Below are positions 13,290 to 55,376 of a DNA stretch of 64,000 nucleotides, one piece after another. Under the pieces are notes generated by a model. That model did not search any database and had not been told where the DNA came from. It worked only from the letters and a program-made list of their open reading frames with translations. Origin of the DNA: Antedon mediterranea (lineage: Eukaryota > Animalia > Echinodermata); NCBI RefSeq assembly GCF_964355755.1, contig NC_092678.1, positions 15,605,881 to 15,669,880 on the forward strand, read 5' to 3'. The translations under genes and the position numbers were made by a program. Each line of letters begins with the position of its first letter. Positions within the stretch are counted from its first letter, which is position 1.

Positions 13290-13830
13290 GTGTAGGCCTT
13301 GAATGTGTTGGCAACCTCAAATTGTTAGGGGTTACTATTCAAGATAATATGAAATGGGACATGCATGTCACAGACAGTCTCTAAAGGCATCTCGAAAGAT
13401 GTTTGCTTTATTGTGATGAAGAGGTCTGGCGCGTTTGTGGATGACCTGATCAAGGTGTTCTGTTGCTATATTAGACCTATTCTTGAGTATGCATGGTGCA
13501 ATTTTACTAAAAAATTTGCACATAAAATTGAAGCTGTTCAAAAAAGAGCTCCAAGAACTATCCTGGGAAAAAATTATATATCGTACGATTTAGCTTTAGA
13601 GGAGACGCAACTCCTTTCGCTTGCGGCAAGGAGGGAAAGTCTGGTGCTTTCCTTTGGTCAGGGTCTCATAAAATCGGATTTGCACAGGAATATGCTCCCT
13701 CCTTGCCGCAAGCGAAAATTAAACCTTAGATCCAATGGTGGAAATCCGGAAGTTGCCTAAATGCAAAACCGACAGATACAAACGGTCTGCTGTACCGTAT
13801 ATTGTTAATCTGCTTAACTCGAAATAATTT
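13290..13830 (+). mobile_element. Degenerate LINE reverse transcriptase C-terminal fragment (CR1/L2/Rex1 group)
   Basis: KLLGVTIQDNMKWDMHV, YIRPILEYA, IEAVQKRA, LSLAARRE, PKCKTDRYKRS across frameshifts. Confidence 0.8.
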
Positions 13831-14123
13831 TGTTTTATATAGGATTTTTATAAGTAAATAAATAAATTCATTTAAATTAATACTATTGTATATATTGCTT
13901 AAAATAAATTAAAACCTTGATAAATATATTTAAAATACTAGATAAATTTTTATGATTAATGTACAGTATATTTATTTTTCTTATGCATATTGTAAATTGT
14001 TTTGTATTTTTTATCTGTAGGCCTAATGTAAATTTTTTATATAATGTGCTACAATAATTTCAGACTTGTTCTGCTTTTTGTAATGTTTTATATACCGGAA
14101 TAAATAAATAAATAAATAAAAAT

Positions 14124-14306
14124 GTTCATATCCATTATTTCTAAGTGCTTCTTGGTACTGAGGTATTGCTGCATTAAACGAATTTTCATCGGATGAGATG
14201 TTTGAGAGTCGTTTATTTATTGCTAGTGGTATATTGCGTAATTGATGGCCGATGATTACTTTCACGGTGTACATATAATGGCGTATTGTTTGGTTTGGTG
14301 TATAGT
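14124..14306 (-). mobile_element. Penelope-like element RT C-terminal fragment
   Basis: YTKPNNTPLYVHRESNH (frameshift) RNIPLAINKRLSNISSDENSFNAAIPQYQEAL..GY, characteristic of PLE ORFs upstream of the GIY-YIG domain. Confidence 0.75.
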
Positions 14307-14994
14307 GTTATGTCAAGAATACCATCCACGTGTAAAATACAATTATCCCCTTTTCTTTCCCTAAATTTTCTATTATTTAATGAAGAATAGAATTTGATTA
14401 GAATGTATTTTTGTAGCCGTCTATCAGTACTGTTTCCAAAATAAATTAAGATTATGAAGATGTTGACGTTAATTTTGTTATTGTCTCTTCCAATTGGACA
14501 ATAAACACATTCTATTGGATAAAAGCTGTTTGCACACCTAAAAGTAGCCACCTTTAATTATGAATAATTATGTAATGAAATGTGTTATCAGACACTTTTT
14601 TTAAATTATTTATCAGATACTTTACATTTTACCATTTTGTTTGACTTTTTTCTTATTTGAGAATTGTTAAGAATTCTCGCATTATATGTAAATTATATTT
14701 AAATAGGGGTCAAAAGTAAAAAATGACATTTATTGTCAGTTTTTGAGGATAAATCCTCATTAGAGTGGATAGCATGTATATTCAAAAGTTTTTTATAAAG
14801 TCTGTAATTTTCCCTTTTTCTCAGCATGTTGTTATTTTATTTACATCTTTAAATTTATTTTTACTTTAAAACAGAAAAAATTCTTACTGTATGAGAATTC
14901 TGTGGATCAAGGTGTTAAATGTGACAATTGACATTTAACATTTATGATCATTGTTTTAAATAAATATTCATTAGAGTGGATAGAAATATGTATG

Positions 14995-15830
14995 TTTTGA
15001 ACAATCTAAGACAAACAAAATGTGTTACCGAGATATGACCATCAGGTGAAAATAAGGTCAAAAGTTGTATTTCATTAAATGTTATATAAATATGGATATT
15101 CTGAACAATTTATGACAAAAATAAATTCTTTATGACCAGGGGTTACCGAGATATGACCCTCAGGTGGAAACAAGGTAAAAGGTCAAAAGTTGTATTTCCT
15201 GCCAACTTTCAAAAATATGTTTCATTAAATCTTATATAAATATGGATATTCTGAACAATTTATGACAAAAATAAAGTCTTTATGACCAGGGGTTACCGAG
15301 ATATGACCCTCGGGTGGAAATAATGTCAAATGTCAAAAGTGAAGGATACTCCGAACAATTTAAAACAAAAATAAAATCGTTATGACCATTGGTTACCGAG
15401 ATATGACCCTTATGTAAAACGAGGTCAAAGGTCAAAAGTCGTATTTTCGGTCATTTTGTATGAAAATGTTTTATTATAGTACAAGGAAAGTGCATATTCT
15501 GAACAATATAAGACCAAAATCAAACCTCTATGACCACTCGTCAAGATATAGGTCGAATCAAAAATGTCAAAGGTCAAAAATGATATTTCCCGTTAAATTA
15601 AAAAAATATTTTCCATTAAAGCTAATATAAATATGGATATTCTGAACAATTTAAGACAAAAATAAAATCTTTATGACCAGGGGTTACCAAGATATGACCC
15701 TTATGTAAAAACAAGGTAAAAGGTCAAAACTGGCATTTACGGCCATTTTGAACGAAAACTTTTCATTATAGTACATAGAAATGTGCATATTCTGAACAAT
15801 TTAAGACCAAAATCAGACCTCTATGATCAG
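14995..15830 (+). repeat. Imperfect tandem array, unit roughly 100-150 bp
   Basis: Repeated GGATATTCTGAACAATTT..ACAAAAATAAA..TATGACCAGGGGTTACCGAGATATGACCC..AAGGTCAAAA. Confidence 0.85.
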
Positions 15831-17167
15831 TCTTTGTCAAGTACCGTCTATATTTATGATTTTGATAAATCCAAGATGGGCACCAAAATGGCCCCCAAAA
15901 AACCCCATGGGACAATATTTCGTCTTGGGAACATCAAAAAATGTTAATTACATATATTCAGGATTACAAAAATTTACATTAACAAAATACATCATGGGGG
16001 TGCACGGTAACCCCTCATTCCTACTAGACTAATCTCAAAGCTGTCTACTCTATCAAAGTCTATAATGACAAAAAATATGTGATTTGCCAATACGGACACC
16101 ATGACGTCAAATCACTACCATATTTGGACAAACTAATTTGATAGTGTAGACGGCGATATCTGATAATATCCTGTTGTTTACGCGTGAATAAAACTGCAGA
16201 ATCGCTGCAACTAGATGAACTTGCACGTTGATGTTGGTACTGACGTACATGGGTTAGCTTATGATATTACAACCCCACAACATAAACAAACAAAAACTAG
16301 AGATGCATATTCAAAAATTGGCTGGAGCTGTTACACTCATTGTTTTTATGTTCTTACAGTACATTGATTATCTAACTTTATTTAATGCTGGGAACACAAA
16401 CAGCAATAATTGCATAACATTAAAAATTGATTCAAAAGTGTGTTCAAAATCGAAAAAGGTTAACATGGATTATTGAAAGCTTAAACATATAGTCTTCTCA
16501 ATGCAAGCAAACTATAAATAAATACTGTAAATTTTAAAATTTACCATCAGTTTTTTGTTTTGTTTAGATATTTTATGGTAAAAAAATCTCTTTGTATGTA
16601 TAAAATGATTTAAATATAATGGAATGATGAGATGTGTATATTACATTATACAAGCTTTTAAACGGAATTAAACAAAATGTACAGCCTACTTCTACACAGT
16701 GGTGGTCAAGCGGAGTTAGACACCCTCTTGTCTGCCTCTTAATAGAAAGCTTTCATTTTGAGAATGAGTGGAATGTGTACTCTGTCCAGGTACTACAACC
16801 TTATACCACATTATAGTCTTGAATTCTTCAATACATAACAATTGATTTCAAATGTAAATTAAAGCATACGGTTACATTTTGTATATCTTTTGTACATAAA
16901 CAGAGTAAAATATAGGTTGCATAGACAAACAATTTTAAACTTGATCAACAGCAGTTTTTTATGTAGTTCAATGTAGACCATCCAATATCTAGTATTGAGT
17001 ATAGATTTAACCATTTTATTTATTGAAAAGGCTTTTATTACATGTGTAAAGCAGCACCACCAATCACAAGCTATAGTTCAGATGATCAATGTTTCTTGCA
17101 TTGTGGTTTTGTCCCTGTATTGTGTCCAAGCTGGAAGCAAGCCTACGTTGTATCAGTTCATTCCAAG

Positions 17168-33248
<16,081 letters not shown>

Positions 33249-33249
33249 A

Positions 33250-33546
33250 TCGTTTGTTCTGATGTGCGAAGTTCAATTCAATGTTGTTAAAAAAGTTTAC
33301 AAAAAGCCCATGTGATCGTTTTCCAAACTCGCCGCGGGAAAATATTGAATGGCCTTTAAATGAGGTCAAAGTTTATTTTTGTATTGGTCAAAGGTTATGT
33401 TTCTGATCTAAAAATCATCACACGCAAAAAATCGTACGATAACGATCTGAAAAAAGAAGGGAAAGCGTTTTGTACAGGCGATATATTACTTTGTAAAATG
33501 TGATATTTAAACGAATAATAAATAAGCGGCATTAATAAATAATAAG
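33250..33546. promoter_or_regulatory. Bidirectional MCM2/TPRA1 promoter region and probable TPRA1 non-coding exon 1
   Basis: E2F site GCGGGAAA (TTTCCCGC on minus) at 33334-33341; ATTGG CCAAT box ~33384; donor AAG|GTATGT at 33546. Confidence 0.7.
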
Positions 33547-34405
33547 GTATGTTTCTTAGTATTTATTTTCAATGAATTGACTCACAATAACTACTAGCCT
33601 AGGCCTAGCCCTAAATATAACTTCCTTGTTCGTCAGTCAGTGAGTGTATCTAGCCTAGGCCTTGGCCCTCTACTATCTATCCATCCGTGTGTACTACACG
33701 TCGTAGGCCCTTGTAGACGTGACCTAGTTAGAATAGGTAGCCTAGCTAGGAATATAAAAACAGGAATATAGATAGGCCTAAACTAGAGGACAAGGTCTAG
33801 CGTAGCTAGCCTAAATGTATAAAACTAGGGCTAGGGATACAATTAAATATCACAAATTTCATTACATTTTAATATTATTAATGTTAGCATAATGTTTTTT
33901 TCATATTATAAATAATAATTAATATATGACCCAGCGAGCAGGGCCATATACTGTATAATTGATACGGAACAGTGAACTATTTATTATTAATACTCGTAGT
34001 TAGTACATCAGTACAGTAGGTAGCGGGACGATTCGGCCCTGAGACGATTCGATCCGGGTTGATGAATTAATTTCTTTTAGGGTGTAAGTGGAACAGATCT
34101 CTCAGATTTGAGATCTAAGGCCTGTAAAAAATGTTTAATAATAATTTCTAATTTCTTAAGAACATATTTTTTATGGTGATATCAAAACTGACAGTTCTTT
34201 ATGACTTTGTCTTTACCGGCTGATTTTAAAATCCTAAGAACTTACATAGATATATTATACAGATATTTATTTAAATTACCACCATACCTCGCAATGGAAT
34301 GTTTTCCACTATTAAATATTAACTGCATTTTTCCAGTTTGCAATTCATTTGTGTGTTTTACAGTTTACAATTCTACAAAAAGGACGGAATTCTGTGTAAA
34401 ATAAA

Positions 34406-48117
<13,712 letters not shown>

Positions 48118-48148
48118 AATATTAAGGATGTATAGAGTTCATAGTTCA

Positions 48149-48686
48149 TGGGTCGTACCATTTAGTAATAGGGGTGTTCATAATAGGGATATTGTCTTAG
48201 ATGCTAAGGTAGTATATTATCCACATCAATCCTATATAACATGATTACAATATAGTTTGTAAAATACTAAATGTAATAGCATATAATGTATAGGCCATGT
48301 TTAAACATTGTAAAAATAGTAGTGCTCAGAAACTGAGAACATTTTCGGCTAAATTCACAGAGCAACAAAGCCTGTGCTATTTTATATTTTGGCCCATATT
48401 GAAGATACAGATAACTATACAATTTTAAGACGTAACCAATACAGTATATCGATCCTGAAAATCAACGGATCAATAGAAAATTGTGGATGTTATCATGCAA
48501 ACAAAAAAAAAAAAAATCAAAATAATATTTATAAGCAAATAATTTAATTGTCAAAATACATAATTACAACATTTAATAATCTACAATAATAATTATGTAA
48601 TTTGTATCTGTAAGATTCTTGGCTTTGGATAAAAATAACTATACATCCCTATTATAAACATCCCTATTAATAAATGGTATGACCCA
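48149..48686. mobile_element. MITE starting ~30 bp after the TPRA1 stop codon
   Basis: ~45-bp TIR TGGGTCGTACCATTTAGTAATAGGGGTGTTCATAATAGGGAT / ATCCCTATTATAAACATCCCTATTAATAAATGGTATGACCCA. Confidence 0.75.
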
Positions 48687-51056
48687 CAGACTGGCATTGT
48701 TTCACTGTGGCAACATTTCTGATTTCGAGATGTAAATGGTGGAGAACCTGTTACTTTGCAGACTTTATTAAAGATATGGAAGATATTCTTTTTTTTTATT
48801 CCTCAGTAACAGTGAAGATAATTGTTTTAATTTGATGATACACCATTAAAGCAAAAGGTCCATGGCTACAGTGTTACTAGGCCTACAATTGTCCCTGGTA
48901 CCACCATGTTGAAATGTCACCAGAACTCACACAGTTGACTGAACACTCATGCCTACTTATGTACCACTAATAGATTGACTTTAAATGTCAGTGGGTTTTA
49001 AGAACAGACAGGATTACTACCGGTTTTTATTTTTGTACCTTGAAAATCTTTGGGGCAGAAAATTGTAAATACGCACGTACACAGCAAGACGTCACACTGC
49101 TTATTGTACTGTAAATCTCCTATGCTGAAAGTTTCAGGAAATGTTAAAAAATAATGACCAAATACAACAGATTATTTTCCTATATTTTTACGCTACCTTA
49201 TTTTTAATTGCAATAATATTTCATAATGATTAATATTATTATGATAATATAAATATGGCAGGATATCAATAGATAACCTGCATATAAAATTATATATGTT
49301 ATGTTTATGTTTTCTTTTATGCTTATTATTATTATAGAAAAAATATTTATCGATCAATTATCATCAAAACATGTACGTACTTAGAAGTAAATTAAAAGAT
49401 AAAATGAAAGTAACAACAACACTTATAGAAGCTCCTATGCGTGTAGAACTAAATAGCATATACAAAATAACTTTTAAAAATTGTATGTTGTACCCGTTTT
49501 GTAAAATACAAATTATTATCAGTTAAAATGATTGATAAGTTATTCCAATAAAACAAATACAGTGGAAACTGTCATATGCGACGCATCTATTCAAGGGACA
49601 CTCCTAGTAATGGTACATTTCATAAGAAACAAATTAGAGGCAATATTATGTTTAAATTATAGGCCTAAATGTCAACCATGCTCAAGAGACACTTTGTTGC
49701 ACCCTAATGTTATACTGTAGAAATAGCGCATGGCTTACAATTGAGAAACTATAATCTAAATAGTTGACATAGGAAATTAGTTTGTCGGTATTTGTTGGTT
49801 TTTATCAGTTTCCTTCTAAATACCAAGTTTCTATTTGGCGAATAAAATGCAAAATCACGCGGATAATCGTTAATTGTTGTGTTGCTGGTTTATTTTTGTC
49901 AACAATTAGAGATATTCTAGAAAGATTATATTGCGATTCGTGAAACGTGTACGGATGGTTGACTTTGTTTATCTAATAATAAGTGAATGACTTTGTAAAT
50001 GCACACACCGTAAAACTATTCCAAACTGTTGTCATAATACAATGAAAAGATATACAGTACAGTAATTGAATTGTTGATAAATGATTTGTTTGGAAATTCT
50101 GTGCTTATTTTCTTTTCGCTACAAATGAAATATTAAGTTTCTTTATGAGGTTATTGTGCTATGATTTCAACAGGTCTTCAGTATAATACGCACTTTCTTT
50201 TAGGACACCCTAAGTAAGGGGACACTTTGATGGTCCTGAATAATATTGGAAAACAAGTGAAAGTTAACATGCTTCAAGGGGCGGATTTAGGCGAGGGCTA
50301 AACAGGCTTTACAACACCCCCCCCCCCCCCCCCCATCCTCACTAAAATTTAACAGCCATATCTTTTTTTAAATAGCAACTTCAATTTCTCTGTGTATAAC
50401 ATTCCCATCATGGGATATTAAACTCAACACAACATGTAACTGTAGGCCTACTACAGTTTAATCCAACTCACTCAATAAAGTGTGCTTGCTTGTTAGTTAT
50501 GGTAATGAACATTTATTCTTTCAATAGTGCGAGAGCAAAGTTACAACCATCTTCTCGAATGGGTTTATCGTAATATGATTGAAATGATGACCATTTTTAT
50601 ATTTTCTATTATTTGTATTTGTTTTAATTAATTCTTTAATAAATGTTTTATAATTGATTGAAGAGTCTTACATGTTTATAGAAATCTATAAGTGTATTGT
50701 TACCTAAGCTTTTAACTAGTTGTAGCCAATGTAAGAAAATTACAATACAGAAAATGTGATGTTTAAAGATGTATTGTCTCCCAAAAAACATGAAAAATAA
50801 TTAAAGCAGACTTGGAATAGGTTATTCTGTAGTTTTAATAAAGTTAATCACTTCCGTAGGAAAAAACCCCGAAAAAACAAATTAAGTTTTCCCCTTATAA
50901 TATGACAAAATAAATGGTTAAATTCAACAAAAAATCTATTGGCTGGCAGCCAATTCAACTATTTTTTGCTTTAAGTTTTTTCAGGTAACTAATTTTTGGT
51001 CGAAGTGGATAATTATTATATGACATTAAAATGGCTTATTCAACAACAACAATTTA

Positions 51057-54000
51057 AACTAGAATTTAATTCGTCACTTTGACGAATTATAGGTGATCAT
51101 TGTTATCGTTTTAATGAAATTAACATTTTTTAAACATGCATGTACGTTAACATACGATCGTAAAAAGTTGATGTACGCCATCCTATGACATGATTGCATA
51201 TACACTTATAGTGCTGAGTTCTACCTATGTGTCATACAATATGTACAGTATATACTGTATATCTATATACAGTGTAGCATAGGTGAAATTACGGGACTCA
51301 TATCGTGTTCTAATTTTTTGGTATGATGGAATTTTCAAAATAAACTCGAAGATGACAATTTCGAAAGATAATGAATTGAGCAAATAAATATAAGGATTGG
51401 AAGAAAATTTGACACGTAGAAGCGCAATGCGCGGTCTTTGAAATTTGTATAACTTTGACTAAAGAAATTTAAAAACTACTTTTTAACTTCAACTGGCCAT
51501 ATGATAACATCACAACATCCGATAGGCTTAATTTTAATATGAATTCATATCTACATTTCATCAGCTTTCATAATAAGTTATAATCTTCAAGGTCACCTTT
51601 AATTCTGAAGAGCTATAAGATATTCAAATGTATGGTGTAGCTGAAATTACACGACCTAGGTTGTTCAAGTTTTTACGCGTGATGACGTCATCAAAATAAA
51701 AATGTTGACAACTCCTGAGAAAGATAATTAATTGAGCAAGCACATACTAAAATTTCGGCGAAAATCGGGCTCAAATAACGGAGATGCGCTCTATTGAATG
51801 TGATAACCCACACAAAAAGATAAAAATTACTAATTTTTTAATTCAAGTGGCTATTTGATGACGTCATACCATTTTGTACGTCTAATGTGTACATGAATAT
51901 GTATCTACAACCCAATGGCTTCCCGAATAAGTTAAAAAAATTGGGGGTCACCTGCCATTCTGAAGAGTTATATTCATTTTAAAAAGGCCTTATTTTTCAC
52001 CATTTTCAGCACTTTGATGCAATTAATTTGCGCATTTTGTTATTTTTAACCTGCTCGTATAGTGTTATTTTAAGTCGGAACTTACTCAAATTTGGTGAAT
52101 GTACTAAGGATGGTGAGTAGAACGCGATTTGTATAAAAAAATTGCAATTTTTACGCTTTGTAAGTATCGCGCGCGCAAAATATTTTTTTTGCGCAGTAAT
52201 TTTTTGAAACACGCAAATGGCCTAATTCATGCTCTAAATTGATTAAAACGTAATTTTGAGCTTTTTAAATTTTTACTGCGCGATTCCACACGCATGACCC
52301 TACGTGCGCACGCGTTTTTACTTGCTAATATTTTTACCCTTGACCTGAAGTTTACGTGTAGTGAATTTCATAAATATGTGATAATGAATTATGGATATAT
52401 GATTGATAATGTGATTTCACAAAATGGCGTATACGTGATGTCACGGATGAGTGATCACGCTGAAAAGCTTATTATGGCTAAGTTAAAGTATTTGAAAGAC
52501 ATTGTCAATTTTTTGTGATCATTGCTATTCAACTTTTTGAGATATTTGACGAACAAAAAGTGTACAGAAAGAAGAATAATAACTAGATCTAAACTCGTCA
52601 CTTGAGGACGAGTTTGGTTATCCGCCCGCAACAAAACATATCTTGCGCATTCAAGTACTTTTCAGTTGTGACTTTTCCAAAAAGTAGCCTATTCAAAATT
52701 AAAACTGTCCTTTCAGTGTATTAACCAAACAAATCTTTTTATTTAATTGCTTTCCCGTGATGGGATTCGATCCCGGTACCTCTGATACCAAAGTCGGTTG
52801 CACTACACATCGAGCCATATGAGCACCTGCTGAAGAAAATCCGAAGAAAGAGTCCTCGTTCATTCGGTATGTCGTGAACCCCCTCGATGCAAGTTGATTA
52901 TTACATATCAAACTTAAATCATAATTTTTACTATGATGAAATCTTCACAAATTTTAAACAGTTACATATTATGAAAGTGCATACTTTCAAGTTTTATATA
53001 TTAACATGTAAAGAAAAAAGATAAACGTTATGTATATTGTTTTACTCTTTGAATATGTTTATGTTAGTTTGATGATAATTATTTCAAAAATTACATTTAA
53101 TATGCAAATAATGTAGCTATCAAACACTTTTTAACATTCAAGACTATAATAAATTAGACCTATGATTAATACACTGCAAGAAAATAAAATAAAAAATGGG
53201 GGTAACCTTGCATTCTGATGAACTGTTTCATTTTTAAAAGTAGACATATTTTGCAACATTTTCACAATTTGTTGACGTTTTCGTGCGCAACCTGTCATGT
53301 TTAACGTGCTCGTAGAACGCCATTTCAAGTTGAAAAGTGAATAAAATAACGTAAAATTGTTAACCGAAGATTTAAAAACACAAATCGTGCAAAAGAAATG
53401 TTCATACGTGTTCTCTGCGTCGTGCGCGCGTAAAAATGTGCGCACCAGTGGCAATTTTTTTAACGCTTAAAATGACCTGAATCGTGCTCTAATTTAATCA
53501 GAAATTGATTTGAAGCATTTTAAAATTTCAAACGCCATTTACGCGCGCACTTTCTAATGTTACAAATTGGGGTAGCGTTAAAAAAGTTAACTATTGATGT
53601 GAAGCAAACGTGGCTGAAAATGACGTTAAAAAATATTCATTTGTTTCGAAGTTATAACCAATTTAAGATTTTCAGAAAATCACGCGTAACTTACGCTACG
53701 CGGCTCTGACATCGTCAAAAAGCTTGGCTGGACAACTTCAGTAAAATGTCTAAATGCTGAACAAGTTACAACATATTATGTTTACACGTTGAAGAGAAAC
53801 AGCGTGCACAAAATAAGAAGAGTAAAATATTTCAAACGCAATTTACGCGAAAACTTTCTAATCTCCAAAAATTTGTTAAACATTCCAAAAGTTAGCCATT
53901 GATGTGAAGAAAACGTGGCTGAAAATTTCGTTAAAAAATATTTATCGGTTTCGAAGTTATGACCGATTTAAGATTTTCAGAAAATCGCGCGTAACTTACG

Positions 54001-54258
54001 CTACGCGGATCTGACATTGTCAAAAAGCTTGGCAGTACATCTTCAGTTAATTGTCTATATGTTGACCAAGTTACAAAATGTTATGTTAACACGTTGAAGA
54101 GAAAACGCGTGCACAAAATCTGAGAAAGAAAGAAGAATAATAAAAAAAAAAAAAAGTAACACTACAACAACAAATGCTTATCCGCTTGAGGCGGATAACC
54201 AATAAAGATTTTATACAATAACAATAGGTGATCATTTTATTCTAAATGATCACCTAAT
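51057..54258 (-). mobile_element. Non-autonomous Helentron/Helitron2-type (DINE/HINE-like) element A
   Basis: Minus 3' end: subTIR AATGATCACCTA, hairpin AATTCGTCA-aag-TGACGAATT, CTAG (51059-51101); 5' end TAGGTGATCATT..AATGATCACCTA inverted pair (54225-54256). Confidence 0.75.
52581..54203 (-). mobile_element. Non-autonomous Helentron-type element B nested in element A
   Basis: CTAG 52583-52586, hairpin AAACTCGTC..GACGAGTTT, subTIR GGTTATCCGCC; other end TTATCCGC-ttgag-GCGGATAACC; internal ~300-bp tandem duplication (~53520-54120). Confidence 0.75.
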
Positions 54259-54282
54259 AATTATTTTTTTCAGTGGGACAAT

Positions 54283-54730
54283 TGTAATAAATTACCATTC
54301 CCTAACATATAGAGTAACATAGTATTTACATGAACATTCTAGAATAAGATGTTTTGATTTAATAAACCATGTATAATTAATAAGAACAATCAAGAACATT
54401 CCAGAAGTGCTATTAATAGAAACTGTAATCATGTAATAATGAGAAGTATAAAGAATGATCTAGAAGGATAGGAGCATCTTGTATATAAAGGGATGTAAAC
54501 TATTGTAAGGTTGTTGGATTAGAGGTTGGATGTTATATTGTAAAGTCATTGTGAAGCTGTTGTTTAAAGTGCTTACTGGATTGTTGAAAGTTGAAGTTGA
54601 TTGAAATTAAAGCTTTGTTTTTGAGTTATTTTACAACTTTGTGGATTTTGTGTGTATACTTTTATGTCACAAGGGAGTTCCTAAAGTATTTTCAACCGCT
54701 CGGAAACATACGTGAGAGGAGTTCGTGACA
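54283..54730 (+). mobile_element. Solo LTR, 448 bp
   Basis: TGT...ACA ends; 5-bp TSD ACAAT (54278-54282, 54731-54735); TATA-like GTATATAAAG at 54481; ATTAAA ~54606. Confidence 0.85.
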
Positions 54731-55169
54731 ACAATAAATCTTTAAATATTGTTTATTAGAAGTTCTTGGTGGTTTTCACCATCTCAATGTTAGAGTATGC
54801 AATATTCTATTAAAAGGTATCCATGATAAATGTGTATATATTTGTATAATGTATAGGCTTAGAAGTCAGTTTACAATTTGTGTAAATAGGCCCGAATACG
54901 TAAATAGGTCATATCTCGACAAATGACCAGATATTATATAGATTTATGTTAAATAAAGATAATTTTGTGAATTATAGCGAGTCCGTTATCTGTGTTTTGT
55001 TTACATAAGGTCGCACAGTGGGCCAGAATCAATTCAAAGTGTGTCAAAAGTCCAAAATGGTATAATGTGGAAATCCAAACTTTTTAATAATGTATTAGGA
55101 AGAAGTCACCTTAAATTATATAAATCCACTAATAATTTATTATTTTGTAAATTTGCATAGTGTCTTGTA

Positions 55170-55311
55170 CGAATTAGTAATTCGTTATTTCGAATTAATA
55201 ATTCGAAATTTCAAATTAGTAATTCGAAATTTCAAATTAGTAATTCGTTAATTCAAATTTTTAATTCGTTATTTCGAATTAATAATTCGAAATTTCGAAT
55301 TAATAATTCGA
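55170..55311. repeat. Array of short palindromes upstream of the transposase
   Basis: ~21-bp unit CGAATTA(G/A)TAATTCG + (AA/TT)ATTT, about 7 copies. Confidence 0.85.
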
Positions 55312-55376
55312 CCTCTGCCCTTTCTAATGACATCCCAACCATCCCGGATTACTTTAGCTAATGCAATCTGGTCACC

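Larger units (their letters stand above)
13072..16030. mobile_element. ~3-kb TIR element carrying LINE and Penelope fragments and an internal tandem array
   Basis: ~70-bp inverted termini GTAGGAAGGAGGGGTTACCGTGCACCCCCATGATGTATTTT..GTAATCCTGAATAT / ATATTCAGGATTAC..ATACATCATGGGGGTGCACGGTAACCCCTCATTCCTAC. Confidence 0.75.
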
